Shown: piece by piece, positions 46,291 to 56,676 of the stretch
Layout: each line of letters begins with the position of its first letter
Position numbering within the stretch: position 1 is the first letter of the stretch
Source of the DNA: an uncultured delta proteobacterium
GTDB taxonomy: Bacteria > Desulfobacterota > Binatia > Binatales > Binataceae
Assembly: GCA_963808235.1 (NCBI GenBank)
Contig: CAWEEQ010000004.1
Location: 704,001 to 768,000, forward strand
Reading direction: 5' to 3'
DNA: 64,000 nt
Notes under the pieces: generated by a model
Database searches by the model: none
The model's input: the letters and a program-made list of their open reading frames with translations, nothing else
Told to the model about the DNA's origin: nothing
Made by a program: the position numbers and the translations under genes

Positions 46291-46926
46291 TCAAGACGTG
46301 GTGAGATGATCGATCAAATCCAGCGACTCCGCATGCCACGATCCGTCGAACTCAAAGATCTGAATCGATCCCAGCTCGACGATCGCCTCCTGACCCGCCA
46401 GCTTTCGCATGATCGCGCGAATCACCCCGCGATGCGCCACCAGCAGCGCTTCCTCGTCGTCGCTCGGCGTCCAGGTCGCAAGCAGCCGGTCCAATCCGCG
46501 CTCGACACGCGTGGCAAAAGCGGCGCGACTCTCACCCTCAGGATAGGTGTAGTTCGGCGCAAGCCGATCCGCATTCCATATCGCGAAGTGCTCGGGATAC
46601 CGCTCGCGGATCTCCTCGGCCGTGAGACCCTCAAACAATCCGAAATGCACTTCGGCAAATTCCTCGATCGTTACGATCGACGCCGCGTCGCCGGTGATGA
46701 TACGCGCGCCTTCGGACGCCCGAACGAGCGGGCTCGAGAAAACCCGCCCGAACCTGTGTCCGCCCCGGCGCGCCTCGAGCGCGCGTGCGACAAGCCGCAT
46801 CTGCTTGCGCCCTGGCTCTGAGAGCGGCACATCGGTGCGTCCGTGATACCTGATGCTCGACTCGCCCTCAGTCTCGCCGTGTCGAACGAGGAACAGTCGC
46901 GCGGCTCGAATTCGATCTCCGATCAT
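46291..46926 (-). CDS. Histidine phosphatase family protein
   Basis: LVRHGET, SSPLVRA, EVHFGLFEG, PEGES, VAHRG. Confidence 0.9.
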   Translation of the reverse strand: MIGDRIRAARLFLVRHGETEGESSIRYHGRTDVPLSEPGRKQMRLVARALEARRGGHRFGRVFSSPLVRASEGARIITGDAASIVTIEEFAEVHFGLFEGLTAEEIRERYPEHFAIWNADRLAPNYTYPEGESRAAFATRVERGLDRLLATWTPSDDEEALLVAHRGVIRAIMRKLAGQEAIVELGSIQIFEFDGSWHAESLDLIDHLTTS

Positions 46927-48224
46927 TTTGAGCCGGCGTCGAACAACGGATTCATGACCAGGCCGGTGAGCAGCTTCGGATGAAAGTACGTCGATTTCTC
47001 GGGCATCGTCGCGCCCGCTTCGCTCACTCGCTCGACATCCTCGATCGACGGAGGATTCATCAGGAAGGCGCCGTCGGCGCGTCCTTGCGCCACCGCGCCA
47101 AGCGCGCCTCCGGTTTCGATCGTGTACTCGATATTGTTGCCGCGCCGTATTTCCTCCGCCTTGAGTCCAAAGATCCGATCGAAGACCAGCGCGTGCAACA
47201 CCGATACGTCGAGACGCCGCACTTCGGTCGGCGCGTCGGGCATCGCGGACTTGATCGCGGAGCGGCTTCTGAGCCGCAGAATCATGTAGTTTGAATTGCC
47301 CCTTAACGTCACGCCGATTGCTCCGGTGCCGGCCTCGTCGAGTCGCGCGCGAAACGCGTCGCGATGCGCAATTTCCTCGACCTTGAAGATCTCTCGCGCG
47401 CGCTCGGGGAAAGCTGCAATCGCGTCCCGATCGAGGGTCTTCACTACGCGATGCGTCGGCAGGATCACGAGACCCGGATCGTTGCATCCAACCAGCGTCA
47501 TCATCGTGTAGTCGTATGGTTCGGGATCGCTCGACGCATTTTCATGCCGCCGCGCGCGCCGATAGTTGAGCGCGGTTTCGTAACGATGGTGCCCGTCGGC
47601 GATCAGCAAGCGCGGCGATTCCAGCTCACGCTGAATGATCGCGATCTCATCCGGAGCGTCGATCGCGCGCAGCTCGTTGCGAATCCCGAGATCGTCAACA
47701 AGCTCGAGGAGCGGCTCGCGCGCCGCGACTTGTTCGCGAATCCGCTCGAGCTCGGGAGGCGCGCTCGCATAGAGCGCAAAGATCGAGCTGGTGTTGACGT
47801 TGAGCGCGGTCAGCAATCTCAGCCGGTCTTCCTTGGCGGCGGGAAAGGTACGCTCATGCGGCACGATTCGTCCGCTGGAGAATTCCTCGAGCCGCACTCG
47901 CGCGATGAAACCGGTGCGATGAAGCAGGCGGCCCTCCACGTCGAAGCTTTGCCTGTAGTGGTAGATTGCCGGACGCGCCGCGCGCACCAGCACGCCGGCC
48001 TCGAGCCATTGCGCGAGCAGTTTCTCGGCAGCGCCGTAGCGATCGGCCTCGCGGCCGAATTCGAGCCTGACAATGTTGTAAGGGCTGCGCTCGTACAATT
48101 GACTCTGCCGCGCGGCGCCGATCAAATCGTAAGGCGGCGCGACCACGAGCGCCGGGTCACCGGCAATTTGCCGGTTGTAGAGCAGCGCGCTGAACGGCTC
48201 GATGCGTTTGCTGAGGCCGCTCAC
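46923..48224 (-). CDS. DUF1015 family protein
   Basis: APPYD, PHERT, IADGHHRYETA, LPTHR, MPEKSTYFHPK. Confidence 0.93.
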   Translation of the reverse strand: MSGLSKRIEPFSALLYNRQIAGDPALVVAPPYDLIGAARQSQLYERSPYNIVRLEFGREADRYGAAEKLLAQWLEAGVLVRAARPAIYHYRQSFDVEGRLLHRTGFIARVRLEEFSSGRIVPHERTFPAAKEDRLRLLTALNVNTSSIFALYASAPPELERIREQVAAREPLLELVDDLGIRNELRAIDAPDEIAIIQRELESPRLLIADGHHRYETALNYRRARRHENASSDPEPYDYTMMTLVGCNDPGLVILPTHRVVKTLDRDAIAAFPERAREIFKVEEIAHRDAFRARLDEAGTGAIGVTLRGNSNYMILRLRSRSAIKSAMPDAPTEVRRLDVSVLHALVFDRIFGLKAEEIRRGNNIEYTIETGGALGAVAQGRADGAFLMNPPSIEDVERVSEAGATMPEKSTYFHPKLLTGLVMNPLFDAGSK

Positions 48225-48875
48225 TTAAGCTGCTCTCCTGCGAGCACCGCCGCGATTTGATCTTCCGAAATTGCGCCCACTCTGACCATTTTCCAAGCCT
48301 CTCGATTGACCGCCACCAGCGTGCTGGGCGCGGATGCCATCAGATTTCCACCTTCAAGGTATACTTTAACTTTTGCGCCGAGCGCGGCGCGCGCCTCTGC
48401 CAGCGACCTGGCAGGCGGTTGGCCGCTCAGGTTCGCACTGGTCGCCGTGATCGGATGCCCGAGGCCGGCCGCGAGCGCGCGTGCTACAGGATTCGGCGAA
48501 ACTCGCACGGCAACTCCGTCCGCGCCGAGAATCTCAGGCCGCAGATTGCCGCGCCCCCGCAACACCAGGGTCAGCGGGCCGGGCCAGAAGGCGTCGGCCA
48601 GGCGGCGCGCGTCAATTGGCACTTCGAGCGCGAGTGAAAACGCCATCGACGTATCCGCTAGCTATAAGCCCGATCGTATGCGCCGGCTCGCGGCCCTTCG
48701 CATGAAAGAGACGCTCCATCGCCGCGTCTGAAAATGGATCCGCCCCGAGCGCATAAAATGTCTCAGTGGGATAGACCGCCAATTCGCCCGCCCGGATCGC
48801 CGCGATACCATCGGCGAGCCGATCCACAGGAGCGGAGACGTGCGGTTTGTGCGAGCTGCTCGATGAACGCGGCAA
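48221..48875 (-). pseudogene. tsaC: Threonylcarbamoyl-AMP synthase (TsaC/Sua5); frameshift near 48659 (probable assembly error)
   Basis: YPTETFYALGAD..KGR in one frame and FWPGPLTLV, TATSANLSG, PSTLV in another; removing one base gives ..LIAADTSMAF.. Confidence 0.85.
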
Positions 48876-48891
48876 GCGACGATCCTACTCC

Positions 48892-50205
48892 TCAGAAACG
48901 TGCGAGCGCGCGTCCTGCGATATCGCGCCGGAAATGACGCCCCTCGAACTCGATCATCTCCGCGGCCTCATACGCCGCATCAACCGCATCTTTGAGTTGA
49001 GGCGCCATCGCAGTGACGGTCAACACGCGTCCGCCATCCGTAACCAACTGTCCATCGCGAAGCGCAGTGCCCGCGTGGAAAACTTTCACGCGAATTTTGT
49101 TCATCGCCCATTTTACCTTGATGTCCGACGGCACGTTGCCCTCGATCTTCTCAAGTCCGGTGATTGCGATGCCCTTTCGATAGTCGCCCGGGTAGCCGCC
49201 CGACGCGAGCACAACTGCGACCGCCGCGCGCGGCGAGAGCCTTATCGTGGCGCGCGCAACGTTGCCCTCCGCCGCCGCGAGCAGAGTCTCGGCAAGATCG
49301 CCATCGAATCGCATCATCAACGGTTCGCATTCGGGATCGCCAAAGCGCGCATTGAATTCGATCACGTTGATTCGGTCGCCGTCGATCATCAGCGCGACGT
49401 AGAGCGCTCCGCTAAACGGAGTCCCGCGCGCCTTCATCGTGGCGAGCACCGGCTCGACGACCTCGCGCATGATGCGCGCGTCGATTTCGGCGCCGAACTG
49501 CGGGACCGGCGAGTACGCGCCCATGCCGCCGGTATTGGGCCCGCGATCGCCGTCGAAGATTGTTTTGTGGTCCTGGGCGGCGCCGAGCGCGATCGCATTT
49601 TCACCGTCGCACAGAGCGAAGAAAGACAACTCCTCGCCGGTCAGAAAATCCTCGATCACGACTCGATTGCCGGCGGCGCCAAACTTGCGCCGCTCCAATG
49701 CGTCGGCGATCGCATCGAAAGCGGCCGCTCGATCGTGGCAGATTACGACGCCTTTGCCGAGCGCAAGTCCGTCGGCTTTCACCACAATCGGCAGTTTGCG
49801 CGCATCCACATATTTCCGCGCCGATTCGGCGTCGGTGAAAGTTGCGAAGTCGGCAGTCGGGACGCCCGCCTCGCGCATGATCGATTTCGCGAACGATTTG
49901 CTGGATTCGAGTTGCGCCGCCGCCGCGCTCGGACCGAAGATCTTGAGCCCGGCGCGTGTAAACTCGTCCACGATTCCAGCCGCGAGCGGGTCATCCGGAC
50001 CTACGATTGTCAGGTCGACAGATTTTTCCCGCGCGAAATCGACCAGCGCCGCGATATCAGTCGGCGCGATAGCAACCGGCTCCGCCATCTGGTTGATTCC
50101 GGGGTTTCCGCTCGCGCAGAAAATCTTCCACACCGTCTGGCTTTGATGGAGCCGCCAGACGAGCGAGTGCTCGCGCGCGCCCTTGCCGATAACGAGTACC
50201 TTCAT
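48892..50205 (-). CDS. purD: Phosphoribosylamine--glycine ligase
   Basis: GAREH, VKADGLALGKGV, QDHK..GPNTGGMG, EFNARFGDPE, GGRVL. Confidence 0.97.
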   Translation of the reverse strand: MKVLVIGKGAREHSLVWRLHQSQTVWKIFCASGNPGINQMAEPVAIAPTDIAALVDFAREKSVDLTIVGPDDPLAAGIVDEFTRAGLKIFGPSAAAAQLESSKSFAKSIMREAGVPTADFATFTDAESARKYVDARKLPIVVKADGLALGKGVVICHDRAAAFDAIADALERRKFGAAGNRVVIEDFLTGEELSFFALCDGENAIALGAAQDHKTIFDGDRGPNTGGMGAYSPVPQFGAEIDARIMREVVEPVLATMKARGTPFSGALYVALMIDGDRINVIEFNARFGDPECEPLMMRFDGDLAETLLAAAEGNVARATIRLSPRAAVAVVLASGGYPGDYRKGIAITGLEKIEGNVPSDIKVKWAMNKIRVKVFHAGTALRDGQLVTDGGRVLTVTAMAPQLKDAVDAAYEAAEMIEFEGRHFRRDIAGRALARF

Positions 50206-50244
50206 CCGAGGCCCTTACGGTTAAGCAAGACTTCCCCGCATCTC

Positions 50245-51813
50245 CTAATGGCGAAAATGGCGCACCCCCGTGAAGACCATCGCGAGCCCGTACTTGTCCG
50301 CCGCCGCGATTACCTGGTCGTCGCGCATGGCGCCGCCTGGTTGCGCTATTGCGGTCGCACCAGCTTCCGCCGCGAGCGTTGGCCCGTCCGGAAACGGAAA
50401 CATCGCTTCCGATACCAGCACCGAGCCTTCCAGGGACACGTGCAATCGCGCGGCTTTCTCGCGCGCGGCATAGACCGGATCGATCCGCGAGGTGGCGCCG
50501 CCGCCGACCGCCAGCGTGCGATCTTCGGCGACGAATGCGATCGCGTTGGACTTGATATGTTTGCAGACCTTGATCCCGAACTCGAGCGCGCGCATCTCGG
50601 CATCGGTCGGTATGCGCTCGGTGACGATTTTGCCTGTCCGCGGATCTTCGATCGAAAGATCCGGCGTCTGCACCAGCAAACCGCCGAGCACTTTCTTGAC
50701 GTCGAGTTCGTTGCGATCGATCGCCGCCGGATTGAACGTCATCACGCGCCGGTTCTTGTTCTTGCGCAGGAACGCAATCACCTCGTCGGGATACTCCGGT
50801 CCAATCAGCACTTCGGTGAAGAGCTCGTTCACCGCGCGCGCGAATTCCATGTCCCACGCTCGATTCGTGATTATGATTCCGCCGAACGGAGAATCGGGAT
50901 CGGTCGCGAACGCCTTGTCCCATGCGGTCTTCAGCGTGTCGCCGATTCCTACACCGCACGGTGTGTTGTGCTTCAGAATCGCAACCACCGCGCGCCGCTC
51001 GTCGTGAAATTCGAGCATCAGGTTTATCGCGGAGCTGATGTCCACCACATTGTTGAACGACAGTTCCTTGCCGTGAAGCTGATGCGCGATCTCGAGGAAG
51101 CGTCCGTATAGCGCGCCGGCCTGATGCGGATTCTCGCCGTAGCGAAGCGCCTGCTCGCGACTCAGCGCGAGGCTGAAGGTCTCACCGAGCGGAGACGGTT
51201 CGCCCTCGCCGGTATGAGTGCCGAGATAGTTGGATATCGCCGCGTCGTATGCGCTGACTCGCGCGAACGCCTTGCGCGCGAGCAGCCAGCGAGTATCCGC
51301 GGTCAGTGCGCCGTCGTTGGCGTCGAGTTCAGCGCCGATCGATTCGTAATCCGCGGGATCGACGACGACTGCTACGTCGGCATAGTTTTTTGCCGCCGCG
51401 CGGACCAGAGTCGGTCCTCCGATGTCGATATTTTCGATTGCGTCGTCCAGACTCACGCCGTCCTGCGCGACGGTCTTCTCAAACGGATAGAAGTTCACGA
51501 CCACAAGATCGATCGGCTCGATCCCGTGCTGAACCATCTGGCGCTGATGACTCTGATCGCCGCGACGCGCGAGGATTCCTCCGTGGATTTTTGGATGCAG
51601 CGTCTTTACCCGCCCGTCCAGCATCTCCGGCGAGCCGGTAAAACTCTCGACCGATCTCGCTCGCACGCCGGCCGCTTCCAGAGCCGCCATGGTGCCACCG
51701 GTCGATAGTATCTCGATCCCGTGCCGGGCCAGCGTCCTGGCGAACTCGGCGAGCCCGCTCTTGTCGGCGACTCCCAGCAGCGCGCGTCTCGCCACGATCT
51801 TGTCCTGGTTCAT
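50245..51813 (-). CDS. purH: Bifunctional AICAR transformylase/IMP cyclohydrolase
   Basis: STGGT, GRVKTLHP, IDIGGPT, LRYGENPHQ, KHNTPCG, QPGG, TGVRHFRH. Confidence 0.97.
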   Translation of the reverse strand: MNQDKIVARRALLGVADKSGLAEFARTLARHGIEILSTGGTMAALEAAGVRARSVESFTGSPEMLDGRVKTLHPKIHGGILARRGDQSHQRQMVQHGIEPIDLVVVNFYPFEKTVAQDGVSLDDAIENIDIGGPTLVRAAAKNYADVAVVVDPADYESIGAELDANDGALTADTRWLLARKAFARVSAYDAAISNYLGTHTGEGEPSPLGETFSLALSREQALRYGENPHQAGALYGRFLEIAHQLHGKELSFNNVVDISSAINLMLEFHDERRAVVAILKHNTPCGVGIGDTLKTAWDKAFATDPDSPFGGIIITNRAWDMEFARAVNELFTEVLIGPEYPDEVIAFLRKNKNRRVMTFNPAAIDRNELDVKKVLGGLLVQTPDLSIEDPRTGKIVTERIPTDAEMRALEFGIKVCKHIKSNAIAFVAEDRTLAVGGGATSRIDPVYAAREKAARLHVSLEGSVLVSEAMFPFPDGPTLAAEAGATAIAQPGGAMRDDQVIAAADKYGLAMVFTGVRHFRH

Positions 51814-51819
51814 TGTTGT

Positions 51820-52947
51820 CTAGCTCCGAATCACGCGCGGCACCCGTCTGCCCACCGTGCACAGCATCTCGTAGGAAATTGTCTGCGCGAGGCGAGCCAC
51901 GTCATTGACGCTGATCGCGTCGTCACCTGCACCGCCCCACAGGATTACTTCGTCACCCACCGCCGCCGTGGATATGTCAGTGAGATCGATTGTCGTCAAG
52001 TCCATCGAGACTGCGCCGACCACCGGCGCGCGACTCCCGCGCACTATCACTTCGCCGCCATGCTGCAATCCGCGCCGATAACCGTCCGCGTAACCCACCG
52101 GTAGCACGCCGATCAGGCTTTCCCGCGGCGTTATGAACGTATGCCCATAGCCGACTCCGCTGCCTGCCGGCGCGCGCTTGATTTGCATCAGCCGTGTTTT
52201 GAATGTCATGACCGGGCGCAGTTCTACGCGCTCGCGCACCGCGCTGACCGGCGGCAGCCCATAAATCGCAAGACCCGGGCGGACGAGGTTGAAGTGAGAG
52301 TCGTCGCGCAAAATCAGCGCCGCGGAATTTGCGACGTGCAGCACCGACGGACGCATCCCGGCGCCCTTCAGCGTATCGATCGCGCCGTGAAAGACCCGTA
52401 GTTGCGCATCCGTGATCGGACTCGACGGATCGCCCGCATTTGCGAGCAGCGTGCACACGCCCTCCAGCCGCACCGCCGACGCGTGCCGCACTTCCTCGAT
52501 CAACGCGGGAATCTGCGCCGGCATCACGCCGAGCCGAGTTGCACCGCTGTCTATCTTCACGTGAATCGGAAAATCGCTGCGGCCTGCGGCTCGGGCGGCG
52601 CTGTCGAGAAGTCCGATCATCCGGGAATCGAACACGAACGGAGTCACGTCGAGCGCGACAATCTCGGCCGCCTGTTCGGCGAAGAAGCCCGCCTGTAGAT
52701 AGACGCGGTTGCCGATGCCCGCTTGCCGGAGTTCGCGCGCCTCGTCCAGCGTGGCGACTCCGAAATGCCGGCATCCTTCGCCGGCGAGACAGCGCGCCAC
52801 CGTCACCGCGCCATGTCCATAGGCGTCGGCCTTGACCACGACCATCAGCTCGTTGTGCGAGGTCATCGCGCGCAGCGCGCGAAAGTTCGCCCGCAGTGCG
52901 CCGAGATCGATTTCGGCGATAGTGGGCCGCTGCGTTTCAATTGCCAT
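51820..52947 (-). CDS. alr: Alanine racemase
   Basis: VVKADAYGHG, HVKIDSG, ANS, VRPG, GYADG, SMD, TISYE. Confidence 0.96.
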   Translation of the reverse strand: MAIETQRPTIAEIDLGALRANFRALRAMTSHNELMVVVKADAYGHGAVTVARCLAGEGCRHFGVATLDEARELRQAGIGNRVYLQAGFFAEQAAEIVALDVTPFVFDSRMIGLLDSAARAAGRSDFPIHVKIDSGATRLGVMPAQIPALIEEVRHASAVRLEGVCTLLANAGDPSSPITDAQLRVFHGAIDTLKGAGMRPSVLHVANSAALILRDDSHFNLVRPGLAIYGLPPVSAVRERVELRPVMTFKTRLMQIKRAPAGSGVGYGHTFITPRESLIGVLPVGYADGYRRGLQHGGEVIVRGSRAPVVGAVSMDLTTIDLTDISTAAVGDEVILWGGAGDDAISVNDVARLAQTISYEMLCTVGRRVPRVIRS

Positions 52948-53236
52948 CGAAAATTGAATCTCTAGCGATGTGCAAGATTCGACCATTGACCCGCCGCACA
53001 GTCAATCAAGCGCGGATCACATGCCAAGCCGGGTCTCTCGGGAACGCCCAATCGATATTATCAGGCGATCGATATTGCTTTAATCATCGCGCTGCCTTGA
53101 TACTAACGAGTCGGAATCGATATAGGATTCGGCTCCGAATTTGTTCCAGCCTGACAGTGGCCGTTCCGCTTGCCTTTGGCCACGTTCCGCTAGACCAACC
53201 CAAATCGAAAGACCGTAAGGCTTGGACGAGGCTCCC

Positions 53237-53638
53237 ATGGCGCCACTTTGTCGCGATCCTTTGCCTGCCCCGGCTCTCTCCGACCGCGCGAACCGATTCA
53301 GCTTAGCGGCGGGATTGATCGCGGGGATCGCATATTCAACCTTCGCGAGTTTCGTCGCCAACGCCCTGACACCCGTGAGCAGCCGGCTGATTGAGCTGGA
53401 TTCCTTTCGCCGCGCGGTATCCGGCCGCTATCAGGAAGTCCTGAATCTCGACGGCGTCGTGTCTACCGTTGTGGGATCGATGCTCGTATTCGCGATCGTC
53501 TGGTGGATGATGCGCGTGACGCTCGAGTATTGGGATCGCGCAGGCTGGCGGCGGATCGATTCTATAGATCGCAGCTTGTTGGATGGATCGTTTCTTAGGC
53601 CGGTCGAACTCGCGCACTCAGTTTCTGAAAGTGAGTAA
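53237..53638 (+). CDS. Hypothetical membrane protein
   Basis: GAGG SD; two hydrophobic segments. Confidence 0.55.
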   Translation: MAPLCRDPLPAPALSDRANRFSLAAGLIAGIAYSTFASFVANALTPVSSRLIELDSFRRAVSGRYQEVLNLDGVVSTVVGSMLVFAIVWWMMRVTLEYWDRAGWRRIDSIDRSLLDGSFLRPVELAHSVSESE

Positions 53639-53691
53639 GTGATCTAAAAAGCCAAATCGCAATCGCGTTTTCGTCAGAGGTGAACAATCCA

Positions 53692-53871
53692 ATGAATGCT
53701 AAAACCGACCAGATCAAGGGACGCGTCGAAGAAGCAGCAGGCATACTTACTAATGATCAGCGGCTCAAGAATCGCGGAAAGATCGACCAGGCCGCGGGCA
53801 AGGCCAAAGAAGCTATCGGAAAGGTGATCGACAGGGCCACCAGCGCCACAAAAGTCATGGACAAGAAGTAG
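53692..53871 (+). CDS. csbD: CsbD family general stress protein
   Basis: DQIKGRVEEAAGILTNDQRLKNRGKIDQAAGKAKE; GAGG SD. Confidence 0.88.
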   Translation: MNAKTDQIKGRVEEAAGILTNDQRLKNRGKIDQAAGKAKEAIGKVIDRATSATKVMDKK

Positions 53872-53918
53872 CTTTTCGTTCCCTTCCCTGCGATGGGTGC
53901 GAGTCCGGCTTCTGCCTT

Positions 53919-53948
53919 TTGACACTCTTACCGCGCCGGTTGTATAAA
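53919..53948 (+). promoter_or_regulatory. Putative sigma70 promoter of thi operon
   Basis: TTGACA-N18-TATAAA just upstream of the riboswitch. Confidence 0.6.
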
Positions 53949-53954
53949 CAGACA

Positions 53955-54043
53955 AGGCTGGGGGTGTGCGTAAAGCGCACTGAGAGCTCCGAGTGGAGAA
54001 CCCCTCGAACCTGATCCGGATCATGCCGGCGTAGGGAAGCCAA
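53955..54043 (+). promoter_or_regulatory. TPP (THI element) riboswitch
   Basis: GGGGTG..CTGAGA..ACCC..GAACCTGATCCGGATCATGCCGGCGTAGGGAAG upstream of thiS-thiG-thiE. Confidence 0.96.
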
Positions 54044-54067
54044 AGGCGCGCCGATCGCCGCCGCGCC

Positions 54068-54099
54068 AAAGCCGCTTCCCCGCCGGAAGCGGCTTTTTT
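54068..54099 (+). terminator. Riboswitch expression-platform terminator
   Basis: AAAGCCGCTTCC-ccgcc-GGAAGCGGCTTT plus T tail. Confidence 0.8.
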
Positions 54100-54100
54100 C

Positions 54101-54337
54101 ATGGCCGAGCAAGTCGCCACCAAACCATCTTCGATGCCAACCATCATCCTCAACGGCGATCCATATACCATCGAAGGAGAAATGCCGCTCGTTGCGATGC
54201 TCGAGCGGCTAAACATGCGCCAGGGCCGCGTCGCGGTCGAGATCAACCGTGAAATTGTACCCAAGGCTCGCTACGCCGGGACGGTGATCAAGCCGGGCGA
54301 CAACGTCGAGATAATCAACTTCGTCGGGGGTGGATAA
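54101..54337 (+). CDS. thiS: Sulfur carrier protein ThiS (start may be 54134)
   Basis: [24 protein letters not shown]-terminus. Confidence 0.95.
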   Translation: MAEQVATKPSSMPTIILNGDPYTIEGEMPLVAMLERLNMRQGRVAVEINREIVPKARYAGTVIKPGDNVEIINFVGGG

Positions 54338-54362
54338 ATGGAATGCGCAAGGGACGGAAAAT

Positions 54363-55139
54363 ATGAAAGACACTTCGTTTGAACTGGGCGGCAAGTCGTT
54401 CAAGTCGCGTCTGATCGTCGGTACCGGAAAATACAAGGACTTCGCCGAGACTCGCGCCGCCGTCGAAGAGAGCGGCGCGGAGATCGTCACGGTCGCGGTG
54501 CGCCGCGTCAACATCACCGATCGTGGCAAAGAAAATCTGCTCGACTATATCGATCCCAAGCGCTATCAGATTCTTCCCAACACCGCCGGATGCTTCACCG
54601 CCGAGGAAGCGATTCGCACCTGCCGCCTCGCGCGCGAGGTCGGAGTCGGCGATCTCGTCAAGCTCGAAGTCATCGGCGACAAGCAGACACTCTTCCCCAA
54701 CGTCGCCGCAACTATCGAGGCCGCTCGCGTCCTGGTCAAGGAAGGGTTCAAGGTGATGCCCTATATCACCGACGATCCGGTGACCTGCCTGCGCCTTCAG
54801 GAAATCGGATGCGTCGCGGTGATGCCGCTCGCGGCGCCGATCGGCTCCGGTCTCGGAATCCGCAACCCGTTCAACCTCGCGATAATTATCGAACAGGCAA
54901 AAGTGCCGGTCATCGTCGATGCGGGCGTGGGCACGGCTTCCGATGCGGCCGAGGCGATGGAACTCGGATGCGACGCGATACTGATGAACACCGCGATCGC
55001 GGGCGCCAAAGATCCGATCGCTATGGCGCGTGCGATGAAGCTCGCCGTCGAAGCCGGCCGGCTCGCCTACCGCGCCGGCCGCATCGAGCGCAAACTCTAC
55101 GCAACCGCGTCAAGCCCGCTCACCGGCCTCATCGGATAA
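54363..55139 (+). CDS. thiG: Thiazole synthase
   Basis: [42 protein letters not shown]. Confidence 0.97.
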   Translation: MKDTSFELGGKSFKSRLIVGTGKYKDFAETRAAVEESGAEIVTVAVRRVNITDRGKENLLDYIDPKRYQILPNTAGCFTAEEAIRTCRLAREVGVGDLVKLEVIGDKQTLFPNVAATIEAARVLVKEGFKVMPYITDDPVTCLRLQEIGCVAVMPLAAPIGSGLGIRNPFNLAIIIEQAKVPVIVDAGVGTASDAAEAMELGCDAILMNTAIAGAKDPIAMARAMKLAVEAGRLAYRAGRIERKLYATASSPLTGLIG

Positions 55140-55142
55140 CTC

Positions 55143-55820
55143 TTGTCGGCTCGGCCAAAAGTCAGCTTTAGGCTGTACTTGATCACCGACCGGCGAGTCG
55201 TAAGAAATGGCGACCTGGTCTCGGCCTGCGAAGAGTCGCTCGCCGCAGCGCGGCAGAGCGCGCCGCCCGGCACGGTCGCACTGCAACTGCGCGAAAAAGA
55301 TCTCCCCGCGCGCGAGCTCTACCAGCTGGCACTTCGGCTGCGTGAGATATGCACGCGCAACGGCGCGCCGCTCATCGTGAACGATCGCGTCGACGTAGCA
55401 CTCGCAGCGGACGCTGACGGCGTACATCTTCCGTTCGATTCCATCGGCGTCAGCATGGCGCGCGAGCTGCTCCCGCCAAGTCGCCTGGTCGGCGTATCGA
55501 CGCATTCGCCCCCCGATGTATCAGGGGCCGCGCGCGAAGGCGCGGACTTCGCAGTTTTCGGACCCATCTTCGACCCAATTTCGAAGTCCGCAACAGGTCC
55601 GGCGTGGGGTTCTGAAGGTCTCGGCGCCGCATGCCGCGCCGGTGCGATCCCAGTCTTCGCGCTAGGCGGGATCACGCCCGAGCGCGCCCGCCAATTGCTC
55701 GCCAATCCCGACGAGACCGCGAGCCTCGCAGGTGTAGCCGCAATCGGCTCAATCTTCGCCGCCGACTCCCCGGCCGCGGCTATCACTGCGATGCTCTCGG
55801 CGCTTCTTCCTTCGCCCTGA
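55143..55820 (+). CDS. thiE: Thiamine phosphate synthase / TenI family
   Basis: LYLITD, QLREK, VNDRVDVA, GVHL, GVSTH, ALGGI. Confidence 0.88.
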   Translation: MSARPKVSFRLYLITDRRVVRNGDLVSACEESLAAARQSAPPGTVALQLREKDLPARELYQLALRLREICTRNGAPLIVNDRVDVALAADADGVHLPFDSIGVSMARELLPPSRLVGVSTHSPPDVSGAAREGADFAVFGPIFDPISKSATGPAWGSEGLGAACRAGAIPVFALGGITPERARQLLANPDETASLAGVAAIGSIFAADSPAAAITAMLSALLPSP

Positions 55821-56676
55821 CCGCGGCGTCGAGCAAGGTCGATACCGTAGGCAGCTCGCGATAGTACGGAGAGGTGAATATCCATCGCACGACGCGTTCG
55901 CGATCGACAATCAAGAACGCCGGTATCGCGTTGTCAGGCTCCCCGTTCACATGATGCTGCACGAGACCAAGCGGTCTCAGCACGCTCTCGCCGGGATCGC
56001 CAAGGAGGGGTATCGAAGTCTTCAAAAATCCAGCCAGCATCTTTGATCGCTCGATCGGATCAGCGCTGATCGCGACTACGTCGACTCGCGCCCGCCTGAA
56101 CTCATCAGCATGCGCGGTCAGGTCGGCGAGTTCGAATCGCGCGAACGGGCAAAAATCTCCGCGATACACATAGATGAGTGTCGCATCGGCGCCTTCAGCT
56201 GTCGGCCCGCCATGAATCCTGCTCCGCTGATCGAGCAGCGCGTACGGAAGAAACCGTTGTCCTACGGCCAGACTTAGCTGGTACGGCGGATTTAGAGTTC
56301 CGCGCATCGCATAACTGACAAATCTGCCTCCGCCAACGCCGATCGCGACGCATGCGAAAACAGCAAAGAGTCCGATGCCAAGTTTCGCGTGCGGTGAGTT
56401 GAGTCCGAAGCCCAGACGCACTCCGCCGAGCGCGAGCAGCATCGCGAGCGCTAACATCGCAAACGCCGGCCACGGAATCCGGTCGTGAATGCCCATCCAC
56501 GGCGCCGACCAGAACGAGATCAGTACGTATTCGTAAAGGCCGAAACCGCAGGCGGTCAGCGCGAGCGCTGAGAGCGCGCGAATCGGCTCGAACGGCGGCG
56601 CGATCCAGGGCTCGTCGTAGAACTCCGGCGTGATTTCAATCCGCGAGCCGGGAGTCTCTGACCCTTCGGCACTCAT
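55783..56676 (-). CDS. Membrane-anchored peroxiredoxin-like (AhpC/TSA) protein
   Basis: Three N-terminal TM segments; YRGDFCPF, VVAISAD, PAFLIVD. Confidence 0.78.
   Translation of the reverse strand: MSAEGSETPGSRIEITPEFYDEPWIAPPFEPIRALSALALTACGFGLYEYVLISFWSAPWMGIHDRIPWPAFAMLALAMLLALGGVRLGFGLNSPHAKLGIGLFAVFACVAIGVGGGRFVSYAMRGTLNPPYQLSLAVGQRFLPYALLDQRSRIHGGPTAEGADATLIYVYRGDFCPFARFELADLTAHADEFRRARVDVVAISADPIERSKMLAGFLKTSIPLLGDPGESVLRPLGLVQHHVNGEPDNAIPAFLIVDRERVVRWIFTSPYYRELPTVSTLLDAAVRAKEEAPRASQ

Noticed and set aside
48847-51111. 754-aa + strand ORF, and similar long ORFs such as 24705-26420 (-), 44232-45587 (+) and 45469-46821 (+)
   Set aside because: Antisense or alternate-frame shadows of purD/purH, mfd, the CoA-transferase and neighbours; expected in high-GC DNA and lacking motifs
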